DNA of 64,000 nt from Longimicrobiales bacterium. GTDB lineage: Bacteria; Gemmatimonadota; Gemmatimonadetes; Longimicrobiales; Gaopeijiaceae. The stretch lies in NCBI GenBank assembly GCA_965249725.1, contig CBDFMQ010000002.1, positions 640,001 to 704,000 on the forward strand, written 5' to 3'. The translations under genes and the position numbers were made by a program. This document shows, piece by piece, positions 1-10,479 of this stretch; within the stretch, counting starts at the first letter, position 1; each line of letters begins with the position of its first letter. The notes beneath the pieces were generated by a model that saw only the letters and a program-made list of their open reading frames with translations, was not told where the DNA came from and did not search any database.

Positions 1-717
1 CCGTTGGTGCTGTTCTTCGCTGAGTTCTTTGGCGTAACCGCCCTCGCCCTCGGCGGTGACATCGTGTTCGGTTTCGAGGAAGGAAGCGCCGAGGCTTTCG
101 ATCTGCTCCTTCACCTCGGGCCTTACATCGAACGCCTCGACCTTGGCACCGAGACGACGCGCGGTGGCGATGGCCTGTAGCCCGGCCACTCCAGCACCCA
201 GCACGAGGACCTTACCCGGGCGGATGGTTCCGGCGGCCGTCATGAACATGGGAAGAAACTTGCTCAACGCGTCGGCCCCCATGAGTACGGCCTTGTATCC
301 GGCCACGGTCGCCTGCGACGACAACACGTCCATGCTCTGGGCGCGGGTGATACGAGGGATCATCTCGAGCGCGAAGGCCGTCACTCCCGCTTTGGCCAGG
401 CGGCCGATGAGTTCCGGCTCTGTGAGGGGAGAGAGGAGCGAGATGAAGACGGCTCCGTCTTCGAGTCCCTCGATCTCCTGATCGCTCGGAGCCTGGACCT
501 TGCACACGATCTGGGCTCCACGCATCGCTGCCGCCGCGTCCGCGACGACCGAAGCCCCGGCCTCCTTGTACTCTTCGTCCGCAAAGTGTGATGTCACCCC
601 GGCTCCCGAGGCGACCGTTACGTCACACCCGATCTTGGCTAGTTCACGGACAGTTGCAGGTATCAACGCAACCCGGGTCTCTCCGGGTGTGGTTTCACCG
701 AGAACGGCAACATTCAT
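1..717 (-). CDS. pntA: NAD(P) transhydrogenase subunit alpha (part 1), runs off the window start
   Basis: Not in the ORF track. Manual translation from ATG at 717 gives [20 protein letters not shown]...[20 protein letters not shown]...[35 protein letters not shown], which are typical PntA motifs. Confidence 0.9.
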   Translation of the reverse strand, partial: MNVAVLGETTPGETRVALIPATVRELAKIGCDVTVASGAGVTSHFADEEYKEAGASVVADAAAAMRGAQIVCKVQAPSDQEIEGLEDGAVFISLLSPLTEPELIGRLAKAGVTAFALEMIPRITRAQSMDVLSSQATVAGYKAVLMGADALSKFLPMFMTAAGTIRPGKVLVLGAGVAGLQAIATARRLGAKVEAFDVRPEVKEQIESLGASFLETEHDVTAEGEGGYAKELSEEQHQR

Positions 718-978
718 CGAGCGCTCCCGCCTTTGTTCTGGTTAGAGTTTAGCGCACTAATCTACCACTCGAATCGGTTGGGTGGTACGGGGCGGACGCA
801 CCATAATTGGCGGTTCTTTTCTCCTCGACGCGGACAAGGAATCAGAGGCGATCCCACCGGTTTCGACGGCCCGAATCCAGGGCCTGAATCGACGCCGAGT
901 CACGACGGTCTCGGGCATGGATTCGCCCGACGTCTTCCGTCAGAGTTATGGACAATCGCCCAATCCCGGAGAACCTCG

Positions 979-2034
979 ATCCTCGCACACGTCCGCTCGG
1001 CTTCCGTACAGGGGGTCGAGAGTTACTCGGTCTCCGTCGAAGTGAATCTGTCCGTGGGGCTGCCCGCGTTCGTCGTCGTCGGGCTCCCACAGGGTGCGGT
1101 CCGTGAGGGACGGGAGCGCGTTACCGCCGCGCTCCACAATGTGGGGCACGCCCTTCCTCCCCGTCGCATCACGGTGAATCTCGCTCCTGCGGATGTGCCC
1201 AAGGAGGGAAGCGCCTTCGATCTACCCATCGCTGTGGGCCTTCTCATCGGAATGGGCGTCATCCCTCAGGATGGAGTAGACGGTCTCTGTCTGGTTGGGG
1301 AGCTCGGCCTGGGTGGACGTCTGAGGGCCGTGCGCGGAGCGCTCCCGATCTCCGCCGGCTGCAAGGAACGGGGTGACGGTGCGCTGATTCTGCCACGGGC
1401 GAACGCGAGAGAGGCAGCCGGAGTCGGGGACCTGGAGGTCTTCGGGGCCGACGACTTGCGCTCGGTCGTAGACCACCTCGTCGGAGGTCGGAGCATCGTG
1501 CCCACCACGGTGGACTCCGGTCGGCTCCTCCGTGACCCTCCACCGATGGCCTCTGACCTCTCAGAGGTACAAGGACAGGAGTTCGCGAAGAGGGCCCTCG
1601 AGATCGCGGCCGCGGGCGGACACAACCTGCTGCTGTTGGGACCTCCGGGGTCGGGGAAGACGATGTTGGCGCGACGGATGCCGGGAATTCTGCCTCCCCT
1701 CACGGTCGCCGAGTCCATCGAGGTGACCAAGATCCACTCGGTCGCGGGGCTGGTTCCCGAAGGGGGATCATTGTTGGTGGGGCGGCCCTTTCGGGCTCCT
1801 CATCACACGGTGAGTGACGCCGGGCTGGTGGGAGGAGGGGCGGTCCCGAGGCCCGGTGAGATCAGCTTGGTGCACCAAGGAGTCCTGTTCCTGGACGAGC
1901 TCCCCGAGTACCGCAGGCATGTACTCGAGGCGTTGCGTCAGCCGTTGGAGGATGGGGTGGTGACCCATGCGAGAGCCCGTTCGGCCCTCCGATACCCTGC
2001 GCGATTCATGTTGGCCGGAGCGATGAACCCGTGT
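979..2034 (+). pseudogene. comM: YifB/ComM Mg-chelatase-like AAA+ ATPase, 5' portion, interrupted by the integrative element
   Basis: [21 protein letters not shown], Walker [39 protein letters not shown], then an unrelated tail to the stop at 2124. The expected start position (GGAG RBS 7 nt upstream) is ATC at 979. Confidence 0.93.
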
Positions 2035-3541
2035 TCCCGCGTTGCCTTGTTGCCACTGTTTGAGGGGAAGAGAGGGAGGGGTTGGGTTCAGTTTCGAGTG
2101 GAAGGTAGGCGAGTTCGATCGTAACCTCGTCTGTACCGATCACGATGGCCTGTACAAGGTTTTCGACGATCTGACGCTTCTCGTCGAACCCGAGTTCACC
2201 CCACCGGCTGTATAGGTTCCGTGCTTCCGACAGGATCTCATCGGAGGAAAGGAATTGAATGCGAAGGAAGTCGACCTCTCCCTGGAGCCTTGGGATTTCC
2301 TCATCCAGCTGTTGGAGGCGCTCATCGAGAGGTCGGTAGAGGGTGCCGAAAGAGTCGACCGTCAGTTCGTCGTTGACATAGGCTCGGTAGATCTTGTCTC
2401 GCTGGGTGTCTACCGTTTGGCGCTCTCGCTCCATTCCTTCAAGAAGCTCTTGTCGTTCCTTGAGGACCCCATCGGCCTGTTCGAGATAGGTGGACATCTG
2501 CTCCGGTGAGAGGAAGAAGCCCTTGAGTTGCTCTTCGAAGACAGCTTCCAGATCAACGATGGGGATCTTGTTGCGACAGCCTGAACAGACGTACTTCGGC
2601 GTGTTGGACGGCACGTACATCTTCCGTCCACAATGGCACCGCGTCACACCGGCAAAGAGCTGCCTGGGCTTCCTGCCACGCTTCTTTCTCGATCGACGCT
2701 GGTCCTGGATGATCGCATTGACCTGGTCCCAGAGTTCTTCAGACACGATGGCGTCAACGGCATGCCACACCCATTCGCTCTCGGGCTTCTTCTTCCACGC
2801 CTGCCCCTCGCCGAGGCTCTTGGTGTAGTTGGCTCGCCTCCAACCCTTGGCCGTGGGGTCCTGGAGGAGCCTATCCACGGTCGTATCGGAGAACCGAGCA
2901 CCCTTGCGGGTTCGGTGACCCAAATCGTTGAGCAATCGTGCGACCGTCTTCTTGCGCTTGTGCTCCAGATAGAGCTCGTACATGAGCCGCCGGACCGGCG
3001 CTTCGTCTGGGTCGGGTACGAGTTTGGCGTCGTCCCAACGGTACCCGAATGGGGCGGCACCCCCCAAGGGCTTGCCCATCTTGGCTCGGACGACAACGGA
3101 GGCAGCGACGCGGTCCGCGATTTCCTCCCGTTCCCATTGGGCCATGGCGGCGATCATCGTATAGAAAAGGCGCCCGGCCGGAGAGCTGGTATCGATGGCC
3201 TCTTGGAGGGAGACGAGATCAGCGTCGTGTTCCCGGAAGTAGTCGGCGAAGTCCAGAAGCTCTCGGGTGTTCCGCGCGAGCCGCGCCAACTTGGAGAAAA
3301 TGAGGCCGGTGATTCGTCCCTTTCGGACATCCTCCATCATGCGCTTGGCTTCCGGATGGGCCATGACGGACTTCCCGGACACGGCTTCCAGGTGGTAGAC
3401 CTCGTGCACCTTCCAGTCCTTAGCCTCGGCGTACATATGGGCGCGACGTTCGTGGTGCTCAGGACTGTCTCCGTGAGCTTGGTCTTCGGTGGAGACCCGG
3501 ATCCAAACCCCGACGGACTTCGGTGCTTCCCGCTGCGTCAT
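2006..3541 (-). CDS. Large serine recombinase (integrase), 511 aa in the integrated state
   Basis: Catalytic WIRVSTEDQ motif, SKLARLARN, recombinase domain (APFGY), zinc ribbon (CHCG...CSGC) and coiled coil. The last codons and the stop come from the antisense strand of comM across the att site. Confidence 0.95.
   Translation of the reverse strand: MTQREAPKSVGVWIRVSTEDQAHGDSPEHHERRAHMYAEAKDWKVHEVYHLEAVSGKSVMAHPEAKRMMEDVRKGRITGLIFSKLARLARNTRELLDFADYFREHDADLVSLQEAIDTSSPAGRLFYTMIAAMAQWEREEIADRVAASVVVRAKMGKPLGGAAPFGYRWDDAKLVPDPDEAPVRRLMYELYLEHKRKKTVARLLNDLGHRTRKGARFSDTTVDRLLQDPTAKGWRRANYTKSLGEGQAWKKKPESEWVWHAVDAIVSEELWDQVNAIIQDQRRSRKKRGRKPRQLFAGVTRCHCGRKMYVPSNTPKYVCSGCRNKIPIVDLEAVFEEQLKGFFLSPEQMSTYLEQADGVLKERQELLEGMERERQTVDTQRDKIYRAYVNDELTVDSFGTLYRPLDERLQQLDEEIPRLQGEVDFLRIQFLSSDEILSEARNLYSRWGELGFDEKRQIVENLVQAIVIGTDEVTIELAYLPLETEPNPSLSSPQTVATRQRGNTGSSLRPT
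2031..2055. other. Left att junction: GTGT core plus 21-bp attP arm TCCCGCGTTGCCTTGTTGCCA
   Basis: The reverse complement TGGCAACAAGGCAACGCGGGA matches 22884-22904 at 20/21 nt and starts exactly where comM homology stops. Confidence 0.9.
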
Positions 3542-3703
3542 GAGATTTCCCAGCTACGCATGGGGGATGTGGTGTGTATTCGGCTAATATTCGGTCACGA
3601 TCGTTTGTGGTCAAGCGAGGACGAAAAGCTCACGCGGGTAGAGGATAGTTGCGCCCGCAAAACTGAGGCGCGTTCGTATCGGTCCGATCGGCAGAGACGG
3701 TGA

Positions 3704-3720
3704 GGTACTGTCAACTTGAG
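3704..3720 (+). repeat. IS6-family left inverted repeat GGTACTGTCAACTTGAG
   Basis: GG(C/T)ACTGT-type end just upstream of an IS6-family transposase. No matching right IR was found. Confidence 0.65.
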
Positions 3721-3743
3721 GCCGGTCCCTGCAGACTCCGCGG

Positions 3744-4319
3744 ATGAAGACGAATTCAAGTAGCTATCGCGGCCACCGGTTTCCGACTGAGATCATCGGC
3801 CACGGCGTGTGGCTGTACTATAGGTTCTCCATGAGTCTGCGCGACGTTGAGGAACTCCTGGCGAAGCGGGGCATCACCGTCACCCATGAGACCATCCGGC
3901 AGTGGTGTATGAAGTTCGGTCCCAAGTACGCGCGAAGACTCAAGCACCGCCAGGGCAGGCTCGGCGATATCTGGCACCTGGACGAAGTCTTCGTGAAGAT
4001 CGGGGGCGAGCGTCACTATCTATGGCGGGCCGTGGATAAAGATGGGGATGTGCTCGATATCTTGGTTCAGCGATACCGCAACGCTCGCGCGGCCAAACGA
4101 TTCTTCCGCAAACTACTGAAGGGGCAGGGAAGCCAGCCGTGGCAGCTGGTGACCGATAAGCTGAAGAGCTACGGCGCCGCGCACCGAACCATCATGCCCT
4201 CCGTAGATCACAACACGGAACGCTACGCGAACAATCTGGCTGAAGTCTCGCATCAGCCGACGGGACAGCGAGAGCGTCAGATGCGAGCTACTTCCCGATA
4301 CCGTCGAGCTAATTTCTAA
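3744..4319 (+). pseudogene. IS6-family DDE transposase, 3'-truncated
   Basis: YRGHRFP..II...VWLY.RF..S.RDVEELL, WHLDEVF, YLWRAVD, VTDKL, NNLAEVSH. Similarity ends at RERQMR; 191 aa, shorter than a typical ~230-aa IS6 transposase. Confidence 0.85.
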
Positions 4320-4444
4320 TACTTAGGAATTGGTCGTGCCTCGATGGAGAAAGCCGGAGCGCCGCGCGAACGAAACGGACATAGACTCGCGTACGCCTAC
4401 CGAAAATTCGGTGCCCGTGACCTGCTGGAAGAGGAGGTACGCGG

Positions 4445-6877
4445 ATGGGTGGATCGAGGATGGACGTGAAGGTCGCGGCCCGCACGCTCGTGAGGTCGCC
4501 GGCCTTCGCCGGCTTCGCAGTCGCGACACTGGCGCTCAGCGTCGGAGCGGCTACGCTGCTCTTCTCGGTCGTGAATGGCGTACTGCTCAGCCCGCTGCCG
4601 TACGAGAGTCCAGACGAACTCGTCGCAATCTACCTCACGAACGACGAGTGGCGTGAGAGCAAGAACGAGCTCCTTCGGCGCAACTGGGACACCTACACCA
4701 TGTCGCTCGGTCACATCGAGGCCTTCCGGCAGACGCCCGGGCCCATCGTTGGCGTAGCGGGTTACGCGGGCCGGGTGATGCCGCTCGACAGCGGGGACGG
4801 CGAGGAGGAAACCGCCGAGACGGTGCTCGTGGATGGCGAGATCTTCTCGGTTCTGGGGGTCGTTCCGTCCCTGGGGCGGCTCCCCAGCCCGGACGAGATT
4901 CGCGAAGGGGCCCCGGTCGCCGTGCTGCGCGACAACACCTGGGCCGACCGCTTCCGGCGCGACCCTGACGTGCTGGGCCGCACGTTCGGCCTCGGAGACC
5001 GCACGTACACGGTCATCGGCGTGATGCCGCCGGGCTTCTTCCTGCCGTCCGAGGACGCGTCGGACCTGTGGGTGCCCGTGACGGAAGGAGAGCGACGGTG
5101 GCCCTCGTTCTCCGGGGTTGCACGCCTGGCGCCCGGCGCAACCATCGCGGAGGCGAGCGGCTTTTTCGAGCAGGTCGCACGCCGCGTCGGCGAGGAGGAC
5201 CCCGAGCGCTCCGGGCTCGGCGGGCGTGCGATCTCGCACCTCGAGAAGGTCGTCGGCGGGGTCAGCGGTGGCATCCGACTCCTCTTTGGCACCACGCTCC
5301 TCGTCGTTCTTGTCGCTTGCGTGACTCTCGGCAACCTCTTTTTGGCACGTGCCTCGGGCCGGCGCCAAGAGTTGGCGGTGCGCGCGTCGCTCGGCGCCGG
5401 GATGTGGTCGCTCACCTCTACGGTGCTGGCCGAGTTGCTCTTGATCAGCCTCGTGGGCGGCGGTCTCGGCGTCGCGCTAGCCGCATCCGGCGTCGATCCG
5501 TTCGTCGCGGCCCTCCGCACTTCCCTCAGGCGGCTGCCCCGCCAGGGTGCGATCGGCCTGGACGGATCAGTACTCGTATTCTCACTCGCCGCGACGCTAA
5601 CCGTAGCGCTCGTGGCCGGATTGGTCTCGACGCTCGCTTCGCGAAGGTGGACAACCGCGAATGCCATCACCGACGTGCGCCGATCGGGTGGGAGTGACGC
5701 CACAAGGATCGGGCAGCGGCTGGTGCTTGTCGTGCAGGGCGGCATGACCGTCGTTCTCGTCTCAGCGGCCGCCCTGCTGGGCCGTAGCTTCTTGGCCGCC
5801 ATGTCCGTCGACATCGGGATGAGGACCGAGAGGGTGGCCGTTCTGCGGGTCGACTCGGACCGCGAGACCTACCAAGAGCCTGAGGCGCTCGCGAGGGTCC
5901 AGGAAGCGATCCGCGCCGCTGTGGGGGCCCTTCCCAATGTGACCGCGGCGACTACCGTCTGGTCCCTGCCAGGTACGGGGGGCGTGCTCTTGCGCCCGGT
6001 CCGGCGGGAGGACACCGAGCCGGACGCCGCCGTGCAGGTTACCGCGGTTCCCGCCGGCGAGGGCTACTTCGCCACGATGGGAATCCCCCTCCTCGCCGGT
6101 CGTGGCTTTCGCGCTGGCGACGGCGCTGGCGACCGTCGCAAGACGGTGGTGAGCGAGAGCCTTGCCACCGAGCTCTTCGGCACGCCCGACGTGGTGGGAC
6201 GACGCTTCGTTCAGAGTACCGGTGACGAGCTGAGCACCCTGGAGATCGTCGGAGTGGCCGCCGAGACGCGACAGTTCTCGGTCTTGGCGCAGCCGACCCC
6301 GACGGTTTACGAGCCGATGGAGGGCACGGGCTCGCACAGCTTCTACGTGACGATGGCCGTCGACGGAGACCCGACGACCGTGCTCGGCGCCGCACGGGAG
6401 CGCGCCCTCGCCGTCGACGGGACGCTGGAGATCAACCAGGCATCGACCTTCGATGCGATGCTCCGCGACAGTGTCAGGCACATTCGGTTGCGGATGATTC
6501 TCATGACCTCGCTGGCAGTGCTGGCCGGCGTCCTGGCGATGATCGGCATCTCCGGCGTGGTCGCGCACTTCCTCTCGGAGCAGACGAGGGAGGTCGGCAT
6601 CCGGATGGCGCTCGGCGCTACGCCGCACCGTGAGATCGGTCGGGTCGTGCTCCACGCGTTCCTGCCGACGGCCATGGGTGTGGCTATGGGTGCGGCCGTC
6701 GCAGTGAGTGTGTCCGGCGTAATGGAGGGCTTCGTCTTCGGTGTCGAGCCGAGCGACCCCGTCACTTACCTCGCGGTCGCGATTGTGCTCCTCGCGACGG
6801 CGGCGGTGGCTGCCTTGATCCCAGCGAGCCGCGCGGCCACCGTGGACCCGGCGCGTGTGCTGAACCACGAGGACTAA
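4445..6877 (+). CDS. ABC transporter permease, duplicated MacB/FtsX type (ADOP-like)
   Basis: R.L.RSP.F...AV.TLAL.VGA.T..FSVVNGVLL.PLPY, RRQELAVRASLGA, REVGIRMALGA, PASRAATVDP. GAGGAGG RBS upstream. No ATPase gene adjacent. Confidence 0.9.
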   Translation: MGGSRMDVKVAARTLVRSPAFAGFAVATLALSVGAATLLFSVVNGVLLSPLPYESPDELVAIYLTNDEWRESKNELLRRNWDTYTMSLGHIEAFRQTPGPIVGVAGYAGRVMPLDSGDGEEETAETVLVDGEIFSVLGVVPSLGRLPSPDEIREGAPVAVLRDNTWADRFRRDPDVLGRTFGLGDRTYTVIGVMPPGFFLPSEDASDLWVPVTEGERRWPSFSGVARLAPGATIAEASGFFEQVARRVGEEDPERSGLGGRAISHLEKVVGGVSGGIRLLFGTTLLVVLVACVTLGNLFLARASGRRQELAVRASLGAGMWSLTSTVLAELLLISLVGGGLGVALAASGVDPFVAALRTSLRRLPRQGAIGLDGSVLVFSLAATLTVALVAGLVSTLASRRWTTANAITDVRRSGGSDATRIGQRLVLVVQGGMTVVLVSAAALLGRSFLAAMSVDIGMRTERVAVLRVDSDRETYQEPEALARVQEAIRAAVGALPNVTAATTVWSLPGTGGVLLRPVRREDTEPDAAVQVTAVPAGEGYFATMGIPLLAGRGFRAGDGAGDRRKTVVSESLATELFGTPDVVGRRFVQSTGDELSTLEIVGVAAETRQFSVLAQPTPTVYEPMEGTGSHSFYVTMAVDGDPTTVLGAARERALAVDGTLEINQASTFDAMLRDSVRHIRLRMILMTSLAVLAGVLAMIGISGVVAHFLSEQTREVGIRMALGATPHREIGRVVLHAFLPTAMGVAMGAAVAVSVSGVMEGFVFGVEPSDPVTYLAVAIVLLATAAVAALIPASRAATVDPARVLNHED

Positions 6878-7043
6878 GAGGCGCAGCCGGGCGAGCTCTC
6901 TCCTTCAAGCGGATCGGGGGCGCGACCGACGGCCGGCCGGGGGATGCTGCCCCTCACCCGGCTCGTGCGTCCCCCTGCGGGACCCGCCTACGATTGCCGC
7001 AGGATGGGCGACGCCGGGCCCCTCGACACCCAGACCTACTTGC

Positions 7044-7246
7044 CGGAACGAGGCGCTCCAGTGCCACTACCGGATCGAGAGAGGGTGTGTGCGGGGCGGG
7101 ATGGAGACGCGTATATCTCGCGGAGGATCTTCGCCACGGAGGCGAGCTCGCGCTCAAGGTGTCCGATTCCGGAGTCCGCGCGTTGGCTGACTCGGGCCGT
7201 TTGTTTTGCAGGAGATCAAGATTGTCGCGGGCATCACGCATCCGCC
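7044..7246 (+). pseudogene. Degenerate N-terminal fragment of a Ser/Thr protein kinase
   Basis: Three frameshifted segments: RNEALQCHYRIER..RGGM / VYLAEDLRHGGELALKV / LQEIKIVAGITHP, corresponding to kinase subdomains I-IV. Confidence 0.7.
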
Positions 7247-7777
7247 TGGGCCGTACCGTCGCTATTCGAAAAAAGTAGGCGCATCTTCGTCGAGGCGAGG
7301 CGCTGGAGTGCCGGTGCTAATACCGCAAGCGACGGGTGTTTCCTTTCTTCCGCAGGTGAAGAGGGTGTAGATTGCGGACAACCACAGCATCTTGCACCTC
7401 TGTGTCATTGAGAGCGTCACGGCCACAGACGGCGGCGATCGATTGCCTTAGCTCATTGTACACGGTTGCACCAAATGCACTTCACCGGGGTGTGAAGCGG
7501 ATGAGATTCCAGTATCCTGCTCGACGAGGCAGAGCAGGATATCGGATCGTAGGATGCATCGGCTCAGCAAGAACCTCGCCGTGAAACACAACTGGTTGCG
7601 AGGGTTTGAGTCTTGCGATCCGAGGTTCACCGGTTCTTCGACTAAATGACGATTTCCCCCATTACGCGCTAGCTCAATCCACCGGTGTACCCTTCGCGAG
7701 GGCCCAGCTCCCTGATGGGTCGGGGCGCGTTTTTTTTGTTCCGTGCCGGACGGTGCAGGGTCACAGGAGTTGCTCAC

Positions 7778-10390
7778 ATGGCGAAACGGAAGGCCCGAAG
7801 ACCGGCGAAGGCCGAATCAGCCGTCCGGAAGCCAAATGCGGACGTCCCGCTTTGGCTAGTTGGCGGATCCTTTTTGGCGGTAGCCCTGTTTCTGTTCCGA
7901 GACTTCGTCTTCGGCGGTGGGATGCTGTTTGGGTCGGACACCGAGGCACTCGGGTACATGGCTCGAAAGTTCTTCGCGGATTCACTCAGAGATGGAGTGT
8001 TTCCCCTGTGGAACCCGTTGCTGTTCGGAGGTACCCCCTTCCTTGAATCGCTGGCCGGAGGCGATTCCCTTTATCCGCCGTCGGTCCTCTTGTTGCTCGT
8101 CATGCCGCCCTTTCGAGCGTTGGGATGGAAACTCGTGCTCCATCTTCCTATCGCCGCGTTTGGGATGTACGGGTGGACTAGGTGCTTAAGCCGAACACGT
8201 TCTGCGGCCTTCGTGGCTGGCCTCGGCTTCATGGTCGCACCGTTCTTCGTGACCTTGGTCTTCCCCGGTCACGACGGAAAGATATTCGTGACCGCGTTGA
8301 CGCCTTGGCTCTTCTGGGCAGTCGAGCGGTTCTTTTCTACCGGTACCCGATCGTCGTGGACTGCCGTGGGTGTGGTCGTTGCTCTCGTAGCGCTGACCAC
8401 GCACTTCCAGATGGCGTACTTCCTGTTCGTAGCGGTCGGTCTCTACGCGGGGTTTCGCGCCATGGTTATTCACCGGTCATCTCAAGAGGCAGGCGGTGAG
8501 CCGCGAAGGGTCCGCCGTAGCGGCGTGACCCGTTTCGCACTTTTCCTGACTGCTTCGGTAGTCGGAGCGGGAGCGGCAGGAATCCAGCTACTCCCCGCAG
8601 TCGAATACGTTCAGGCGGACTCTCGACGCTCAGCGACCACGACGGTAGCGTCCGCTGCGGTCAACAAGCAATACGCTGCTCAGTGGTCCCTGCATGCAGA
8701 GGAGGCCCTCGCTTCTCTCATCATCCCAGAGTTCGTAGGGAATTCACAGGCAAACGGGGAGTGGGCGCGGGGTACGTATTGGGGAAAGAACACCTTCAAG
8801 CTCAATCACGAGTACATGGGCTGGATTCTCGTGATGCTAGCCTGTTTCTCGGTGTTCAGCGCTGAGGGGCGTGGGATTCGTATCTTCATGCTAGCCCTCT
8901 TCGGTGTGTCGTTTCTATACACCCTCGGCGCGGCCTCACCAGTGTGGAACGGCCTCTACCACACCCTGCCCGGAATCAAGCTCTTTCGCTCTGCAAGCAT
9001 GGCGATTTTTCTCTCTGGGTTCGCCGTTTCCACTATGGCCGCATATGGCACGGACGCGGTGCTCTCTTGGGCACGCGGAGCTGAGCCGGTGCCCGCCGAG
9101 GCGCTCCGGCTGGTCTTGGGGCTCGTTGGCCTGTGTGCGCTATTGCTAGTCGGGTCTCAGACCGGAGCTCTCTTCTCCGTGTGGACCAGTCTTTTCCACG
9201 CGAATCTGGGGCCGGACCAGCTAGCCTCACTCCAGCGCGCCCGCCCGTTCATAGTCCGAGGAGCTTTCTTGGCGCTTGCATTTACCACAGCGTTTGGCGG
9301 CTTGGTATGGGCGGCGGCGAAACAACGCCTCGGCCCAATGACCATCACGGCCGTATTGGCGGTTGCTGTCGTGATGGACGGTGGACGGATAGACGCGCCC
9401 TTCATTGCGACAACAGACTTTGACGCGTTTTCCGCACCCAGCCAAAATATCCAGGCTCTCGTTGAGAGACAGCGGACCGAGACGCCCTTTCGCGTTTTCG
9501 ATTTTAATCGCCGAGGGGAGGAGACTCGGGCCGCGATGTTCGGTCTTGAGTTGGCAACGGGTCACCACCCCAACGACATGGCTCGCTATCGGGAACTGAT
9601 CGGGATGAGGGGTGGGGGGCTGCCGGAAAACCTTCTTCGGTCGATGAACGTCATGCGGATGTTGAACGTTCGGTACCTGATTTGGCCAGTGCGGCAAGCC
9701 GGGGCCTTAGAGGGAGCGACACCGATTTTCGCGACTCAGCTTGCCGACGGTTCGATCTTTGAAGCCGTCTATCAGATAGACGACCTGCCACGAGCTAGGC
9801 TTGTGGCCAACGCCGTGGTGAGGGCACCGGAAGCCGCCGTTAGCACCCTCATCGACCCCGCTTTTGACGTCACGACTGCTGCCGTCGTGGAGGAGCCTCT
9901 TGCGCTAGATTTAGGCGGGGGTGATGCGGCGGGCAACGTGGATTGGGTGACCCGTTCAACGAATAATGCTCGACTGAACGTGCAGACGGACCGGAACAGC
10001 CTCTTGGTGATCTCACGGAACTACCATCCCGCGTGGAAAGCGTTTGTGGATGGGGTCGAGGTTAAGACTGAGCGGGTGAACCACGCGCTTCTGGGGATTC
10101 CGCTGGCAGCAGGTAGCCATGATGTCGTCCTGACCTATGAATCTGACACCATCTCGGTGAGCCTCGCGGTCTCCATCGCGTGCTTGCTGATCCTAATGGG
10201 TGCTGGCGTGGCCCCGGTTGTTTGCAGCATGCGAGCCACTGCCCCGAAAATGCACCCTGACAAGCCGGATTCAGCCGGACCCACACGGAAAGACCCATCC
10301 CAGAACACCAACGGGGGCGGGCTCCATGAGACTCAGCGGGACGGAAGGCATCAACAGCAAGATCCAATGGACCAAGAACACCGGGCCTAG
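7778..10390 (+). CDS. YfhO-like multi-pass membrane protein (GT-C type glycosyltransferase)
   Basis: PLWNP.LFGGTPF motif, many TM helices, C-terminal LLVISRNYHPAWKAFVDG...VNHALLGI.L.AG.H.V. AGGAG RBS before ATG 7778. Confidence 0.8.
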   Translation: MAKRKARRPAKAESAVRKPNADVPLWLVGGSFLAVALFLFRDFVFGGGMLFGSDTEALGYMARKFFADSLRDGVFPLWNPLLFGGTPFLESLAGGDSLYPPSVLLLLVMPPFRALGWKLVLHLPIAAFGMYGWTRCLSRTRSAAFVAGLGFMVAPFFVTLVFPGHDGKIFVTALTPWLFWAVERFFSTGTRSSWTAVGVVVALVALTTHFQMAYFLFVAVGLYAGFRAMVIHRSSQEAGGEPRRVRRSGVTRFALFLTASVVGAGAAGIQLLPAVEYVQADSRRSATTTVASAAVNKQYAAQWSLHAEEALASLIIPEFVGNSQANGEWARGTYWGKNTFKLNHEYMGWILVMLACFSVFSAEGRGIRIFMLALFGVSFLYTLGAASPVWNGLYHTLPGIKLFRSASMAIFLSGFAVSTMAAYGTDAVLSWARGAEPVPAEALRLVLGLVGLCALLLVGSQTGALFSVWTSLFHANLGPDQLASLQRARPFIVRGAFLALAFTTAFGGLVWAAAKQRLGPMTITAVLAVAVVMDGGRIDAPFIATTDFDAFSAPSQNIQALVERQRTETPFRVFDFNRRGEETRAAMFGLELATGHHPNDMARYRELIGMRGGGLPENLLRSMNVMRMLNVRYLIWPVRQAGALEGATPIFATQLADGSIFEAVYQIDDLPRARLVANAVVRAPEAAVSTLIDPAFDVTTAAVVEEPLALDLGGGDAAGNVDWVTRSTNNARLNVQTDRNSLLVISRNYHPAWKAFVDGVEVKTERVNHALLGIPLAAGSHDVVLTYESDTISVSLAVSIACLLILMGAGVAPVVCSMRATAPKMHPDKPDSAGPTRKDPSQNTNGGGLHETQRDGRHQQQDPMDQEHRA

Positions 10391-10479
10391 CTTCGCCAGC
10401 CGCGCCAGCTTCCGCACTTGCACTGCGGCGGCCTCGACCTCTACCCACACAAGCTCTGATAGAGCCCCAGAATGGCACC

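Noticed and set aside
733..978. 82-aa N-terminal extension of ComM given by the ORF track
   Set aside because: Not ComM-like and occupies the divergent pntA/comM promoter region; homology starts at 979.
7596..7622. tRNA T-arm-like fragment (GCGAGGGTTTGAGTC)
   Set aside because: Lacks the TTCGA consensus and no cloverleaf can be built.
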